A stretch of DNA of 64,000 bases from Azolla caroliniana (lineage: Eukaryota > Plantae > Polypodiophyta). Of this stretch, positions 49,056-61,594 are shown one piece after another. Under the pieces are notes generated by a model. It was not told the DNA's origin and searched no databases. It saw only the letters and a list, made by a program, of their open reading frames with translations. The DNA is taken from the NCBI GenBank assembly GCA_043228905.1, contig JBHGNT010000010.1, forward strand, positions 16,678,001-16,742,000. Reading direction: 5' to 3'. Within the stretch, counting starts at the first letter, position 1; the number at the start of each line of letters is the position of its first letter. The position numbers were made by a program, and so were the translations under genes.

Positions 49056-49949
49056 CGTGTGCACCATGGCAATGGTACACATGCCACAAGCCCGTGCCTC
49101 ACACCTTGAGTCATGGGCGTCCCATCCATCGAGAAGACTTAGAAGCTCAATACTCTTACCCCGAGGTGGTGTGTTGTAGTTCCAATCACGGAACCCCTCA
49201 ACACATCGGATGTGTTACAAAAACTTGTCAAAAACTCGTAGTGACCATTTCAACCTAAGGGAAATCATAACATCAACAGATTTCTTATACACATTGGGCC
49301 TATAACCAATATCCTCGATTTGTAAATGTTATACCAAAGGTTGTGATATTATTTCCATTAGAAGGTATACCAAAATATTTCTTGTATACATTGGGCTTAT
49401 AACACATATTCTAGGGTTGGAAATAATATCCCAACGAATATCATATTATTTCTATTACAAGGAACATCCACTAGAATGTGTTTGTCTTGGACCTTGGGGG
49501 TATAACATAAGTGTAGGGCTTTCTCAAGCTCAATGCATATCAATTGAAGTTGTTGAGGATTGTGTAGGTTTTGAAAACTCTGGTCTCAACAAGGGCAAGA
49601 TATCCATATGTGATATTCTCTTGAATCTGAACAACTTCCTCAATGCTAATAAAGTATCCATAGGGTTTCCCTTATGTTTTCGAGCATCTAAATTGACCAG
49701 TTGTTTGAAGAGCTCTCACCATCCACTTATCTATTCTTGTGTCATTCAATTGCCCAAATCCCACATCATCAAACTAACCATTATGAGTTAGATGGCATTC
49801 ATCCTCAATAAAGTCTTAATCCATGAAAATGTTGGAGTTGTAAAGAGGTTCACAAATTGCCCTATAAAGGACAATATTCCAACCTCACATTCTCATCCAA
49901 AATGAATTGATCATATGAAGTGGTATTGAATATCTATATTCGTTATCCA

Positions 49950-50380
49950 TCCATGGAAGACCAAATTCTTTGCAATAGTAATGCAAGTTTCATTGTCTCA
50001 TGTTATCTACATCAAGGTCCTCTTAGATTTCCACTAGGTGTTCTAAACCACACTCCATGTCTAAGCAAACTTTACATAGTATCCAGATTTGATGATAATG
50101 TCAATCCATTTCTTTCATTGGAGCAATTGGCTTTTCATTATTGGTGCCCTTATTACAAACACACTCTTTTGCCATTACTCTTGCTTTGCATTGATCTAGG
50201 AACCCATTAACCTTGTCTTTGGCGCTCATAGTTCAATTCATCCTAATGACCTTGTTGTCTTGAGTATCAACCAAGCATGAAGCTTGGTTGTTTGAAATAC
50301 TATATAATTCTAATTTCATATACTTTTCCCACCTAGATGTTTCATTACCACTTGCAAGAATGTAGTTGGGCAAGGAGAAA
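49950..50380 (-). mobile_element. Very old copia RT N-terminal remnant
   Basis: Minus-strand KDKVNGFLDQCKARVMAKE...EKPIAPMK resembles the copia K..DG.LD.YKARLVAKG...EETFAP. Confidence 0.45.
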
Positions 50381-50807
50381 TTATATCTACTCTTTATAGG
50401 AAATTAATCTCATGCAAAAATTTCTCTAGAACCTTTGAAATTATTTGCCCAATGATAATTAGGCACCATTTACATCAATAGGAAATATGGTTCACACCTT
50501 TTTGTTCAAAAGGTAAGAAGGGTGCAATGGCAAAGCTACACCTTAGATACAAAAAATAAAAAGTCAATAAAATGGATGGAGTAACAAAATGTGCTTTGAG
50601 AAAAATTCTTCAATAAACACTTGGCCAGAAGATTATACTACAAATTATGCCTTTGAAATGTCTACCATTCCATATGATGGTGTTCATCAAAAGATTGACC
50701 CAATCACACCAATTGCATGCCGAGGTGAGAAAAACAACTCCCTTGGGGGTGCCCAAGCAACTTCATGACCATAATGACCATTTGTTCTTAAACCCCAAAC
50801 GCTTTCC

Positions 50808-53800
50808 TTAGTATTTGATGGGTCCTTTCAAGCTTCCCTCTACAAACTGTGACACAATACTTGATTAAATATGATAAAAATGAGAATATTAACTAGTATA
50901 ATGAACATTTGACCATGATTTTTTCATGAGTTGGCCTAGTGGATTTAGGATTCCCTAGAAGGCATATGCTGGAGTGAGGGTGGGGGTTCAAGCCCCATCA
51001 ATGCTTAGTATACACTTATTTCTTAGTTCAACTTGGCAATCACTAAAAGAGAATTTTGTACAAGTAAAACAAAAAGAATAAAATAAAATAGACAAAAATA
51101 AAGAAATCATATTTGATCTGGCCACCTGTCTGACTATAGGATTGGTTGTTGAATCGAACTCGGATGTTGTGCCCTCCCAAAGAATCCTCCCCTCGTGGAG
51201 AAAAAGAAGCCTTTTATTACATAGAGAAAACAAAATATGACACTTCAGAATAAGAAGTTCTGAGGTTACATTGGAATATTAGAAGAAACATGGAAAGGTG
51301 AAAATGTCAATAATACCCCTAAGCTAACTTTTTAATTAGCAGAATACCACTCGGTTTATGGCCTGAATACCCCCAAGGTTTAAAAAACTTACCAGGATAT
51401 CACCTCAACCCTCCATAAATATACAAAAATCTTAGGAGTAATATCACTTGGTTTACAAAAATGACCAGAGCACCCCCTCTATATTGGTAAATATACAAAA
51501 TCTTAGGAGTATATATCTGGTAAATATACAAAACCTTAGGGATATTCCAGTAAATATGCACAAATTTAGGATATTCTGCAATATTCCAGGAAATATGTTT
51601 ATATATATACCAAGTTTTCAGGAAGCATGCTGGTTAAATATGCAAAAAACGTTAGGGTGTGAAAGGAGACATGTTAAAATATAGAGAACCTGTCCACAGC
51701 TCTCCTGATTGTACTATGTTGGTGAGTGACTACAACATAGGAAGCAATTTTTCCAGGTTTTTCCCTTCCATCTTGACCATTTATATGTACGGAACGAATA
51801 AGATCTTCCACAACCGTCGATGCGATGGGATCAAGTCCAGCTGTTGGTTCATCGTACATGACAACCTCAAAATTCACACCATCATCATCATGTTATTATT
51901 TATTATCGTGCAAAAAAAAAAAAGACTTACATCTACGAATTCTCTAACCCCAACAAGTACACATAAAAATTTACCCGAAGTAATCACTAATTAAGAAATG
52001 ATTATTGGTGAGAAACTAACAATGACATGAGGCTGTGCAATGAATATCCGACATGACGGCTAACAACGAAAAATGTTAGATGAAGGTGATTCTTAGCAAC
52101 TACATCTCTCAACACACATGCACACAAAAAAGAAACATTGACAAGGCGATATTAAAGGCTGTCAAGGTTATGCATTTCTGATTGTCCAAAAACAGATAGG
52201 TGATAGAAAAAAGGTGAAAAAAACAAACCAAATGTTAAATAAAAATCATTGCAGAATTAAAGAGATTGAAAGAAAAGACAATGCATACAAAATACTTTTC
52301 ATATAGAAAACATATACAGCACAAGATTGATCTAAAGTGACTGCTATATAATGCTTTCAACATATTTGTTTTTACAATAATTCTTACTTCAAGTTCTTTC
52401 TCTGTATTGCTGCCATCCGAAATGATGGCACGAGCGAGTGCAACACGTTTCTTCATACCACCTGACAATTCAGAAGGATACCGATTCTCCACTCCCTTCA
52501 ATGAATAATATTAGAAAACAAAAACAAAAGAGAAAAATAAGTTTTTGTGTATCCTCATACTTGTAAACATAATATTTTCTACCTTAGCATTTCTTGTGTA
52601 TCAATTCATGAAAGTTGCCTCTATCATTGTACATTTTTTGTTTTTATAGTTAGAATTCTCCAACATTCTTATATGTTATCAATGTTCTTTATGGAAAAAT
52701 GGTTCCTCATGCAATCTCTTTTTTAGATGCTTAAAGAAAGCATATAATGTTTTCTTTTTGTGACAAGAGAACTCTACGAAAAAAAATTCTTTATTTAGAC
52801 AAAATTTAAACTAAAATCAAACATTAAATCAATAAATATATCAATTATACACGCAAAAAAACTCCTTTCCCCTATATAGATATTTTATTTTTAAAAAAAC
52901 TGTTAGGATAAAAGCATACTTTCAAGCCAACAGCAGCTAGACTCTCTGCAACAAGCTCCGATATTTTTTCCTGTGATAATGTAGAATGCTCGTATCTATA
53001 ACAATTTTTTAGAAAAAGGAAAAGGAAAGCAGATAAGATCACTAACATAGCTTTCAAAATATGAATTACCATTTTATTTTATTTCATAAACCACCGTTAA
53101 AACAAATAGCGACATTTTCTTACAACATGAAACCGACATTCTCTTGAACTGTAAGAGAATCAAACAAAGCTGCACTTTGAAAGACCTGAAACAATAGTAA
53201 GAAATAATATCAGGATGCATTATTCAGAAAAGATTCAATAAAATGCAAATAAAAAAGGAAGAGAAATAAGGATAAAAAGGATTATTTTTTCACCAAACTA
53301 GGGAATATTTATTATTATTATTTATATCCTTCTATAACCAATAAATAAGTGCTTTATGTGAGTTTAAAAGCTCTCAAAATCCAATGGTAACTCCACAAAG
53401 GCACAAGACAGGAAAGATATAATCAGAAATAATTCATCCATACCAAGCCTATGCGAAGACCTAGAGAACCTTCATCACTTATCAACCCAGTTCTCTTTTT
53501 GCCACATATATAGACTTCCCCCTGCCAAATAATAATAATTGTCAAGTTGACACAGTAGTTAAAAGTATATTTTTTGCATCTAGTTATACAAAAGGAATCC
53601 ATCAACATTTCGTGGATTTTTTTGGTTTAATAATAACGATAATCAGAACAGAAAGAAGAGCAAACCTTATCAGGCGAAAGCAATCCTGCCATTATGCGCA
53701 GAATTGTAGATTTCCCTGTACCAGAAGGTCCAATGATGCCGACAGCCTCACCATGATAAATCTTGTAGAGAAGGCAACAGTATTTTCAGCACTTATATAA

Positions 53801-55999
53801 ATAGTTAGAAACATAATGAAAATCCTCCTAAAAAAGAAATACAAATGATCCATGGAAACTTGAAAATTCATGCGGTAGCAAAGCCATGTAGTAATCCTAT
53901 ATGCGAAATAACTTTTGCTGTCAAGGCTGTGCGAACATAATTACATAGATTGAGGGACACCTCACCTCACTGAATAGAAGTGATAGCTACTTGATTAAAA
54001 CTTGAGCGTTATCCAAGTTCTTTGTTATCTTTGTTTAATACAATATTCTATCTTTGGGTTTCTCTTCCTCTCTTGTAATCTATTTAAGTATTCTATTTTC
54101 TGCCACTCTCACTCGAGCATACTCTGATCTTGTTGATATAACTAGCTAGCAGTGCTGATTCCAACAACTGCCAAGTTTGAAGCGTTAGATCTTATTTATA
54201 AAGTTCCAAACATTGCATTCAAGAATTGCCATCAGTCCAAACTTACATCACTACCTGGAGAAAAAAATCTTACCCAGTGTCAACATCCAAGGACTCTCAT
54301 GAGAGCTCAAGGTGTGATAATCATGCATGTAAAGGAAAAGCAAGGTGCATCAAGACCCATGCTAGAATCATATATAAACACTAATATAAAAAAATCATTA
54401 TTGATTAGTGTCTTTACCTTGAAGTTAGCACCTTTTAAAACCTCTTTTCTTCCAAATGATTTATAAACATTCCGGCATTCAATCAAAACATGAGAACTCA
54501 GATTGCGTTCTTCTGAAGGAGTTGCATCACTTTCATCCCAATCTGAATAATGCTGCCGATACGATAATCAGGCAAGTCAGCAAATTTAAAAACAAAAACA
54601 ATTATATCAAACATTAAAACTGATATCACAACAATTGTTTCCTACCCCTTTACTTTTGAGCAAATAGTCTTGCATCTTCAATGACTCTAAAGTATCCTCA
54701 CAGATTTTCCTCATGCAAACCAGCCTAGGCCATCAAGACTAAATATCACACCTATTCCGTTCCTAACCCGTTAAACTCTCATCACACAATATTTTCAATC
54801 TAAAATGACTTCAAGGAAGTAGCCTACAAACTTCCATAATACGTGACAATATAGACCATTTAATATGACAAATTATTATGTTCCCAGCCCATTAGAAGTA
54901 ATATCGCATTGTCATCGTGTTCATATCACATCAAAAGTAGAATACCACCACAATTGGGCTCCTATCCAATAAAAAAGTAAATATCATCATCATTCTGCTC
55001 CTATCCTAACATTCATACCATTAAATATAATATGTCTACCATTATGGTCATATCCCATTACAAGTATATATCACGCATAAGACACAACGTCACAACCATC
55101 GCATCCCTACCCCATTCACACTATTACCATTACCATGGGTCTAACAGATCACTAAGTATCATATTGATTGTATGCCTACCTAATTAGAAACGATATCATA
55201 ACCATTTTGTTTTTACTGCTTTACAATCAAATATCACAAACCATCGTGTTCTTATCTCATTAAGAGTACAAATCGCAGTCAGTGGTATTCCTACCCCATT
55301 AGAGATAATATAGCCATCATTGTGTTCCTCTCATTAAGAGTACAAATCGCAATCAGTGGTATTCCTACCCCATTAGAGATAATATAGCCATCATTGTGGA
55401 CCTCTCCCAATAAAATCATTATTGATGTAATCATACGTCATTAAAAAAGTAAACTTCGTTACACTGGTAATCCTGTCTCATTTAATTTAAAATATGTTGC
55501 AACCGACTATATTCCTATACCCTCAAAATTAAAAGTTACTAAAATTACCGAACAGAGAATCTAAATAAAAAGAATCAATTAGCAAGGAAAGAAGTATTCC
55601 TATCACATTATAGTTAAATATCCCGGCCAAAATCAAACTACAAGCATTTGAGAACTTTGTTCATATAAAAAATTTAGAAAGAATGAAGTTTGCACAACCC
55701 ACATACAATGAGGAAATAAATTATTTAGGTACCTTGATAACCAAAGGCGAACGTGGATTTTCTTGTCTAGTTGTTGAGAGGTTAGAAGAGGAACAAGAAC
55801 AAGAACAAGCAGAAGCTGAATGACGCTTTGTTAGATCCTCATGAGGGGCCAACTTTATGAAACCCAGACGGTTGTTTCGATTTGATAGGATGGTAGATGA
55901 TGGCAACAAATTGTGTAGAAACAAAGCATGAGACGAAGATGACGATGATGAAGGCGAAGGCGAAGGAAAATTTAGGGCAGTTCTCTGTACAGGGTCCAT
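50808..55999 (-). CDS. TGD3: Trigalactosyldiacylglycerol 3 (plastid lipid-import ABC ATPase, ABCI13/MlaF-like), 373 aa, 10 exons
   Basis: Exons (minus): 55999-55733, 54552-54418, 53761-53666, 53521-53444, 53185-53124, 52995-52920, 52495-52388, 51865-51690, 51210-51126, 50846-50808; total 1122 nt. Ser-rich transit-peptide-like N-terminus, Walker [11 protein letters not shown]-loop [10 protein letters not shown], signature LSGGMKKRV, Walker [12 protein letters not shown]-loop VVTHQ, C-terminus GSLKGPIKY. Confidence 0.95.
50925..51050 (+). mobile_element. Probable tRNA-derived SINE in the last TGD3 intron (antisense)
   Basis: A box TGGCCTAGTGG (50932-50942) and B box GGTTCAAGCCC (50985-50995). 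No cloverleaf and no clear TSD. Confidence 0.5.
54745..55615. repeat. Degenerate 37-39-bp minisatellite in TGD3 intron 1, including a recent 74-bp duplication (55256-55398)
   Basis: Motif resembling (g)ttcctaccccatta recurs at ~54762, 54883, 54922, 54961, 55000, 55049, 55106, 55175, 55251, 55290, 55327, 55364, 55401, 55472, 55514 and 55599. Confidence 0.7.
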
Positions 56000-56331
56000 G
56001 GAGAAAAATTAGGATACAGGAAATCTGAGCATTTTCTCCATGTAGATATATGATTTTTTTTTTTTCTGATGTGGGTCCTCCTCCACCTCCTCTTCGGCCT
56101 CGTCCTTTCTGTGTTTTCGTATGGATTAGATTGGAAAGACTCTCTTTCTTCACTGACACAATATATGGATGGAAAAGAAGGAATTAAGCTCTCTGTGGGT
56201 GAGGAGAGCTCATTTATGAGGATTTGAGCTCACACCCTATCTCCTCCCAAAAGAAATGACTCTTCTCTCATATCAATGAACTTGCATTATTATGTACATA
56301 TGTACATATTGTTGAATTACATTCTTGTTGG

Positions 56332-56626
56332 TAGGAATTGGCAACAGCTCGGCTCAAGCCTAAACCGAACCGTTAACCGTTTTCACATGGTGTGGACGTT
56401 TGGTTTGGTTTGGTTTAGGCTTCAACTTCCTTAACCAGTTTGAGCTCCGTTTGGGATGGCTCGGGACGAACCATACCGATTTGGGCCAAACCGTCTAGCC
56501 TTCACCTGTTTTGGAACCGGTTCGATTCAAGTTTGGAAACTCCCAAACCGGTTAAAGGCTTAAGCGTTTTGGTTCAGACAAGGCTAAACCAGTTAAGTCA
56601 AAACCGAACTGTTGCCCCAGTTCCTA
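56332..56626. mobile_element. Complete 295-bp hAT-type MITE upstream of TGD3
   Basis: Imperfect TIRs TAGGAATTGGCAACAG / CTGTTGCCCCAGTTCCTA, perfect 8-bp TSD CTTGTTGG (56324-56331, 56627-56634), internal aaaccg/cggtt motifs. Confidence 0.92.
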
Positions 56627-59257
56627 CTTGTTGGCTAGTTCCACTTGTGGCACACACTCGAAATCAACCTAAATGGACACAACAAATCGATGCAAATGGG
56701 AACATCTCCGAGAAAGATTGGGGGGTCTATAGTACCTACCTTCCTATCTCCTACTTCCTTTGGAAAAGTAAAAAGTGTTTTTCCTTTCGTAAACCACCCA
56801 AGGACATGGCTCTTAGGTATTCACTCGTTGCTCCAAGCTTTCGAGTTTATAGAGAGAGGGCTATCATGTTCCCACCATTTATCCCATCTCTTCTTATTCA
56901 CCTCAAAAAGCTCTATGCCAACACCTTTGGCCCAATGGATGAGACAAAGGCTATTCTTGAGTTCTCTCACCTATTGGATCGAGTCAAATTAGCCGAAACT
57001 TTCAAAAACCCTTGGTCATAAATATAGCCCCAAGTTTATGAAATGCTTGGAAAATAGCCATCTGGTGATGAACTCCCCACCCTTGTTTATCCCCATGAAC
57101 TTGTGTCTATTTCTATTCTGATGGTTCTAGGTAATATCATGTTAACTTTGGCCTTCATAGGCTCGACCTTTAACTCTACATCACTATTTAGAATGGATGA
57201 CTCCATAATTGTTTATCCTCCACTCTAGTCCATTTTTTGCACACTAATATGTTTGCTTGTTGCCTTGTTCTTTCTAATCTATGGACCTCATCCATATGTA
57301 CAACTAGCCTACAACTTGGTCAATTGTTGAACTATTTATGATATATGTTTGGCTAACCACATTAGCTTAATATGCAATAATAGTGAGATCCCAATTCTCC
57401 CTTATCCTAGAAGACCTTTAGTTATTGTTTTTCATAGAAGCCTATGCACTCAAATGTTTACAAGGGAAACCAAATGAATAACAAATCTTGAATTTAGAGA
57501 GATCCTCCTCTCCACTAATCCACCACTTCAATTACCCACATGTAAGCCCAAAAATTTCCAAAACCATGATGCACCCAAGAGGCCTTGAATCACAATCCAA
57601 AGGGCTTAAAGAGAAAGGCTTTACCACCAAACCTTTATATCAACTAATTTTCTTTATTCATATATCCAAGCATTATTTCTGGTCTCGCAATGATAATACA
57701 TTGTTGTGCATCAATTCTTTTGGATGTGGCCAACCTGGCCGCCATACGCATTTCCAATTCAATCTTATCGTATGAATGTCTAATTGATTTTCTTAGCCAT
57801 CACTGATCTAGATCCACTATTTTTAAATCCATCCACGAAACATGCTTCTCATTTCAAAGATCCTAAACAAGGTTTTTAGATAATACAAACATCCAAGAAG
57901 AAGAGGCATAATGAGTGAGCTCATGTTTCACAATTTGATTAAATCTAATTCTCAAACAATATGTGAGTGATAGTTAATGTGGAAACAATGTGGTAAAGGG
58001 CCATCGAATATTGTGGAATAAAGTTTCACGGCTACCCAAAATTGAAGTTTGTGAAGGTTGTGTGGATTTGGATGTACCTTGATTGGTGAGTACTAAGAAT
58101 TGTAAGGGTGCAACTTGCAAGGGCTTGGGTTTGTACAATACGTCCGTGTGGCATAAGAAGATTGAGAGATAGGAAGAGGTCTAAATGCATGTGTGTATTT
58201 GAGAGAGAGTTTTGTTAGCATAGGATAAGCATAAACTTATATGCTGGAAAGATCTAGTCAAACTACTTGTTTTGTGAATGACCACAAATATGAGCAATGC
58301 CATCATGTTGACCAAATACACATTTTTAAATTAAAAGCATGCCAATTGTTATAATTCTATAAAACGTATTTTTAGGAACAAATTGTTAAGTATGCATAAA
58401 ACTAAAACTAAAGAGTTCCTTTATTGAATGTAACATGAAGCCCATTGGTCAAGACTGAACACAAAAGTTTTACCACCGCACCATTACATTTATTTTTGGA
58501 ATTCAAAGAAGGCAGCTTTGTGAATCCACAAGCATTTGTTATATGGATATCCTCTTATACTGTGTATAAAACCAATGCTTCCACATTACATTTCAACACA
58601 AAATGTCATGGTATTCCTTAAATGTTGTTTGGTAGTAAAAATAATCATTGTTTTGAGCTGTTAGCATGTAGTGGAAAATTTTCATATTTCACATGAATTG
58701 GAGATCTCCAATCTGTTATACATCCTCAGTAGAATAAGGCAAACATTTTTACAAAAATTGTTGCATGTATAGGGAATTGCAAAGAAGGATCAGCCCATCC
58801 TTCAAGATTAAGAGATTTCAATTGGTCTACAAACCTCAAAGGTTCTAACAATCCTATCATTCTAGAGCATTAATAAAGATTGAATTTGCTCGATATATTG
58901 AAGGAACATCAGAGTAGGATGGCATCTAATATTTGAATTGAAGTTTTACAGCATGTTACATATATGCATGTATTTGGTGAAATTCCAAGGTTTAGATTTC
59001 TCAGTTTTCTGCTTATGAAATCCTCAAGAGAAACGGAGCATGAGAAATGGAAAAATGAGATTTCCTCCTCCATCCATGATAGGATATTGTGTCTTTATTT
59101 GCCTTGTCCATGCTTTGTAATTGATTCCAATCTCTGAGATTGATACTGAAAATATTTTCTAGTTGCTGAAGCTCCAATTAGTTTGCATTAATTTATCGTC
59201 TTCAATCTTTCCTTTTGATTGCACAAGTTGTTTATTTACATAAATTTTGAAATAGAA

Positions 59258-61594
59258 TTAGATATGAATCTTGGTCTGAAGTGTTTTCAGGTTCCTTGAG
59301 GTTGTAAGGATCACCTGCTTCATCTCCTCAATTTTTCTTTTATCTTCCCACATCTCACCATTGGCATAGATGTTTGACATTAGAGTGAACAATGATGCAT
59401 TTTTTCCAAATGTTTTAAGTGCAGATTCAAACACCCATTGACCGAGATCAATATTAGACCATTTCAAGCATGCACCCAACACAGTGCTCCATGCTGGAAG
59501 GTCTGGTTCTTCTGAAGGCATCATAAGTAACACTTCCACAGCCTCATGAATCCGACCCACTCGACAGAAAAGGTCTACCATGCAATTACAATGTTTAACA
59601 CCTGGCATGATTCCATGATCTTTTCTCATTGACTCAAAATATTCAAGACCCACATCAACAAGACCACTATGAGCACAAGTGGTAAGAATATTGAGAAAAG
59701 TCACTTCATTTGGTTTCATTCCATCCTCTTGCATCTTTGTCAGCAAATACGAGACATATTCACTCTTTCCCTGACGGGTGTATCCGGTTATTAAGGCAGT
59801 CCAATGCATTAACTCTCTTCTTGGCAATTCGTCAAATACAAGTTGTGACTCAAACATGCTTCCACATTTTCCATACATGTCAAGAAGAGCTACAGAGATG
59901 ATCATGTCAGTATTATCGATGCATCGAGATGAACAAATTTGAGAATGAACCTTTTTACCAATGTCAAGTGCTTGCTTGTTTCCACATGCTTTTAAAATGC
60001 TTGCAAAGGTCACAATATCAGGAGAAATACCTTTTTCTTGCATTTGCATGTAGACCAATAATGCTTCCTTACCAAAACCTTGCTCAGCAAAGCCTGAAAT
60101 AAGGGCATTCAATGATACAATATCTTGGAATGGTTGCTCATCAAATACATCTTGTGCTTCGATAAATGAACCACACTTGGCATACAAATCAACTAGTGTA
60201 TTGCCAATAAACAAATCTACTTCGATTCCTTCTTTGACAACGTCAGCATGTATTATCCATCCTTCATCCAAAGATTGTAGATTACTACAAGCTTTTAAGC
60301 AACAAATGTATGTGACCAGGTTTGGGTTAACCTCTTCCATTCTCATTTCGTTGAAAGTCTTAAGTGCCTCCACGTTAAATCCATGTTCAACATACCCAGC
60401 AATTAATGCCGTCCAAGAAACCACATCTTGAACTGAAAGCTCATCAAATACATCACGAGCATCGGCCATTAAACCAGATTTTGCATACATATCTACAAGT
60501 GTGCTACTAATGAAAAGATCTCTATCAAAACCTTCTATGCAAGCATCTTTATGTATCTCTTGGCCTATGCCAAGTGAGCTTAAATCACTGCATGCTTTCA
60601 GACCACAGACATATGTAATAGAGTCAGCGTTCACACCTCTTGATCGCATTTTCTCAAAACAATTTAATGCCTTGTCCTGATATCCATGTTCTGCATATCC
60701 ATCAATTAATGAAGTCCAAGCAATCACTGTCTGGACCGGAAGTTCATCAAATAATACTTGTGCATCTATGAGCAATCCATTACTTGCATACATATCAACG
60801 AGTGTATTTCCAATGAATATGTCTTTTTCAAGTCCTTTTATCGTTATTTCAACATGTAAACTTTGACCGTGTTCTATATATCCAATACTATTGCATGCTC
60901 TCACACAAGAAGCATATGTGATCTCATCGGGGGAGGCACCTTCTAGTTTCATATGTTCAAGAGAAGCTAATGCTTCATCAACGAAGCCATTATCCATATA
61001 GCCAGTCATCAGTGAAGTCCAAGACACTTGATCTCTTTCCAACATTTCATCAATAACTTCTTGTGCTTCAATAAGTGCACCCCATTTAGCATACATATCA
61101 ATTAAAGCATTACAAATGAAAAGGTCTCCTTCATAACCCTCTTTAATTATATCAGTATGTATAGAAAGACCGCTGTGCTTGTGTTCAAGGGGGGTTACTG
61201 CACATGTATTAATCAAAGTTGGAAATGTGAACTTGCTTGGTGTAATATTCTCTTCCTTCATTTGTTCATACAGATTGAAAGCGTGGTTTTCTTCTCCAGA
61301 ATCAATAAATGCATGCAATAGAGATGTCCATGAAAACTCGTTTCGGTGTGAAAGCTTCGGGAAAATTCTCCATGCATCCAAAACATTTCCGCAATCTACA
61401 AACATAGGCACAATATAGTTCCCAAGAGCCTTTTGATCATCAAGGCCATATTTGCAAATACGTGCATATACATTTTTAGCATATAGTGATTCTTTTCTTT
61501 CCCTACATCTTTGCAATATGACTGAGAGGTTCTTGATTGAGGGCAGATCATGTGTTTTTTCAAGGAAATCAATGGATTCCTCTAAACCCATCAT
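59258..61594 (-). CDS. PLS-class pentatricopeptide repeat protein with E domains, no DYW (organellar RNA-editing factor type), 778 aa
   Basis: About 6 P-L-S triplets (e.g. ICNALIDMYAKWG, VSWTALIAGYVEHG), terminal HCNCMVDLFCRVG, E1 AWSTVLGAC and E2 FTLMSNIYA. Ends without a PG box or DYW. Confidence 0.93.
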   Translation of the reverse strand: MMGLEESIDFLEKTHDLPSIKNLSVILQRCRERKESLYAKNVYARICKYGLDDQKALGNYIVPMFVDCGNVLDAWRIFPKLSHRNEFSWTSLLHAFIDSGEENHAFNLYEQMKEENITPSKFTFPTLINTCAVTPLEHKHSGLSIHTDIIKEGYEGDLFICNALIDMYAKWGALIEAQEVIDEMLERDQVSWTSLMTGYMDNGFVDEALASLEHMKLEGASPDEITYASCVRACNSIGYIEHGQSLHVEITIKGLEKDIFIGNTLVDMYASNGLLIDAQVLFDELPVQTVIAWTSLIDGYAEHGYQDKALNCFEKMRSRGVNADSITYVCGLKACSDLSSLGIGQEIHKDACIEGFDRDLFISSTLVDMYAKSGLMADARDVFDELSVQDVVSWTALIAGYVEHGFNVEALKTFNEMRMEEVNPNLVTYICCLKACSNLQSLDEGWIIHADVVKEGIEVDLFIGNTLVDLYAKCGSFIEAQDVFDEQPFQDIVSLNALISGFAEQGFGKEALLVYMQMQEKGISPDIVTFASILKACGNKQALDIGKKVHSQICSSRCIDNTDMIISVALLDMYGKCGSMFESQLVFDELPRRELMHWTALITGYTRQGKSEYVSYLLTKMQEDGMKPNEVTFLNILTTCAHSGLVDVGLEYFESMRKDHGIMPGVKHCNCMVDLFCRVGRIHEAVEVLLMMPSEEPDLPAWSTVLGACLKWSNIDLGQWVFESALKTFGKNASLFTLMSNIYANGEMWEDKRKIEEMKQVILTTSRNLKTLQTKIHI

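Larger units (their letters stand above)
43590..49219 (-). mobile_element. Decayed chromoviral Ty3/gypsy element (Galadriel-like)
   Basis: 5' LTR 48646-49219 and PBS TGGTACCAGAGC (48645-48634, Met-like). Gag EPKSYNGAQDAQVLENFIWDCEQFF with knuckle CFIFQGNHFARDCP; PR AMVDTSAS; RT YLDD; RNase H TDASD; IN (HPQIDGQTERTNQ); chromodomain. PPT at ~43875-43885 and a left-truncated 3' LTR at ~43590-43873. Confidence 0.92.

Noticed and set aside
54646-54724. Possible extra TGD3 exon (AG...GT bounded, 79 bp)
   Set aside because: Not a multiple of 3 and has an in-frame TGA after exon 1. Exons 1 and 2 already join in frame. It could only be a poison exon, for which there is no evidence.
54745-55615. CRISPR-like repeat/spacer appearance
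   Set aside because: Eukaryotic intron, repeats not identical, spacers related to each other, no cas genes. It is a decayed minisatellite.
56440-57021. 193-aa plus-strand ORF
   Set aside because: Starts inside the MITE with a non-ATG codon and runs into what looks like decayed repeat sequence, with no supportable product.
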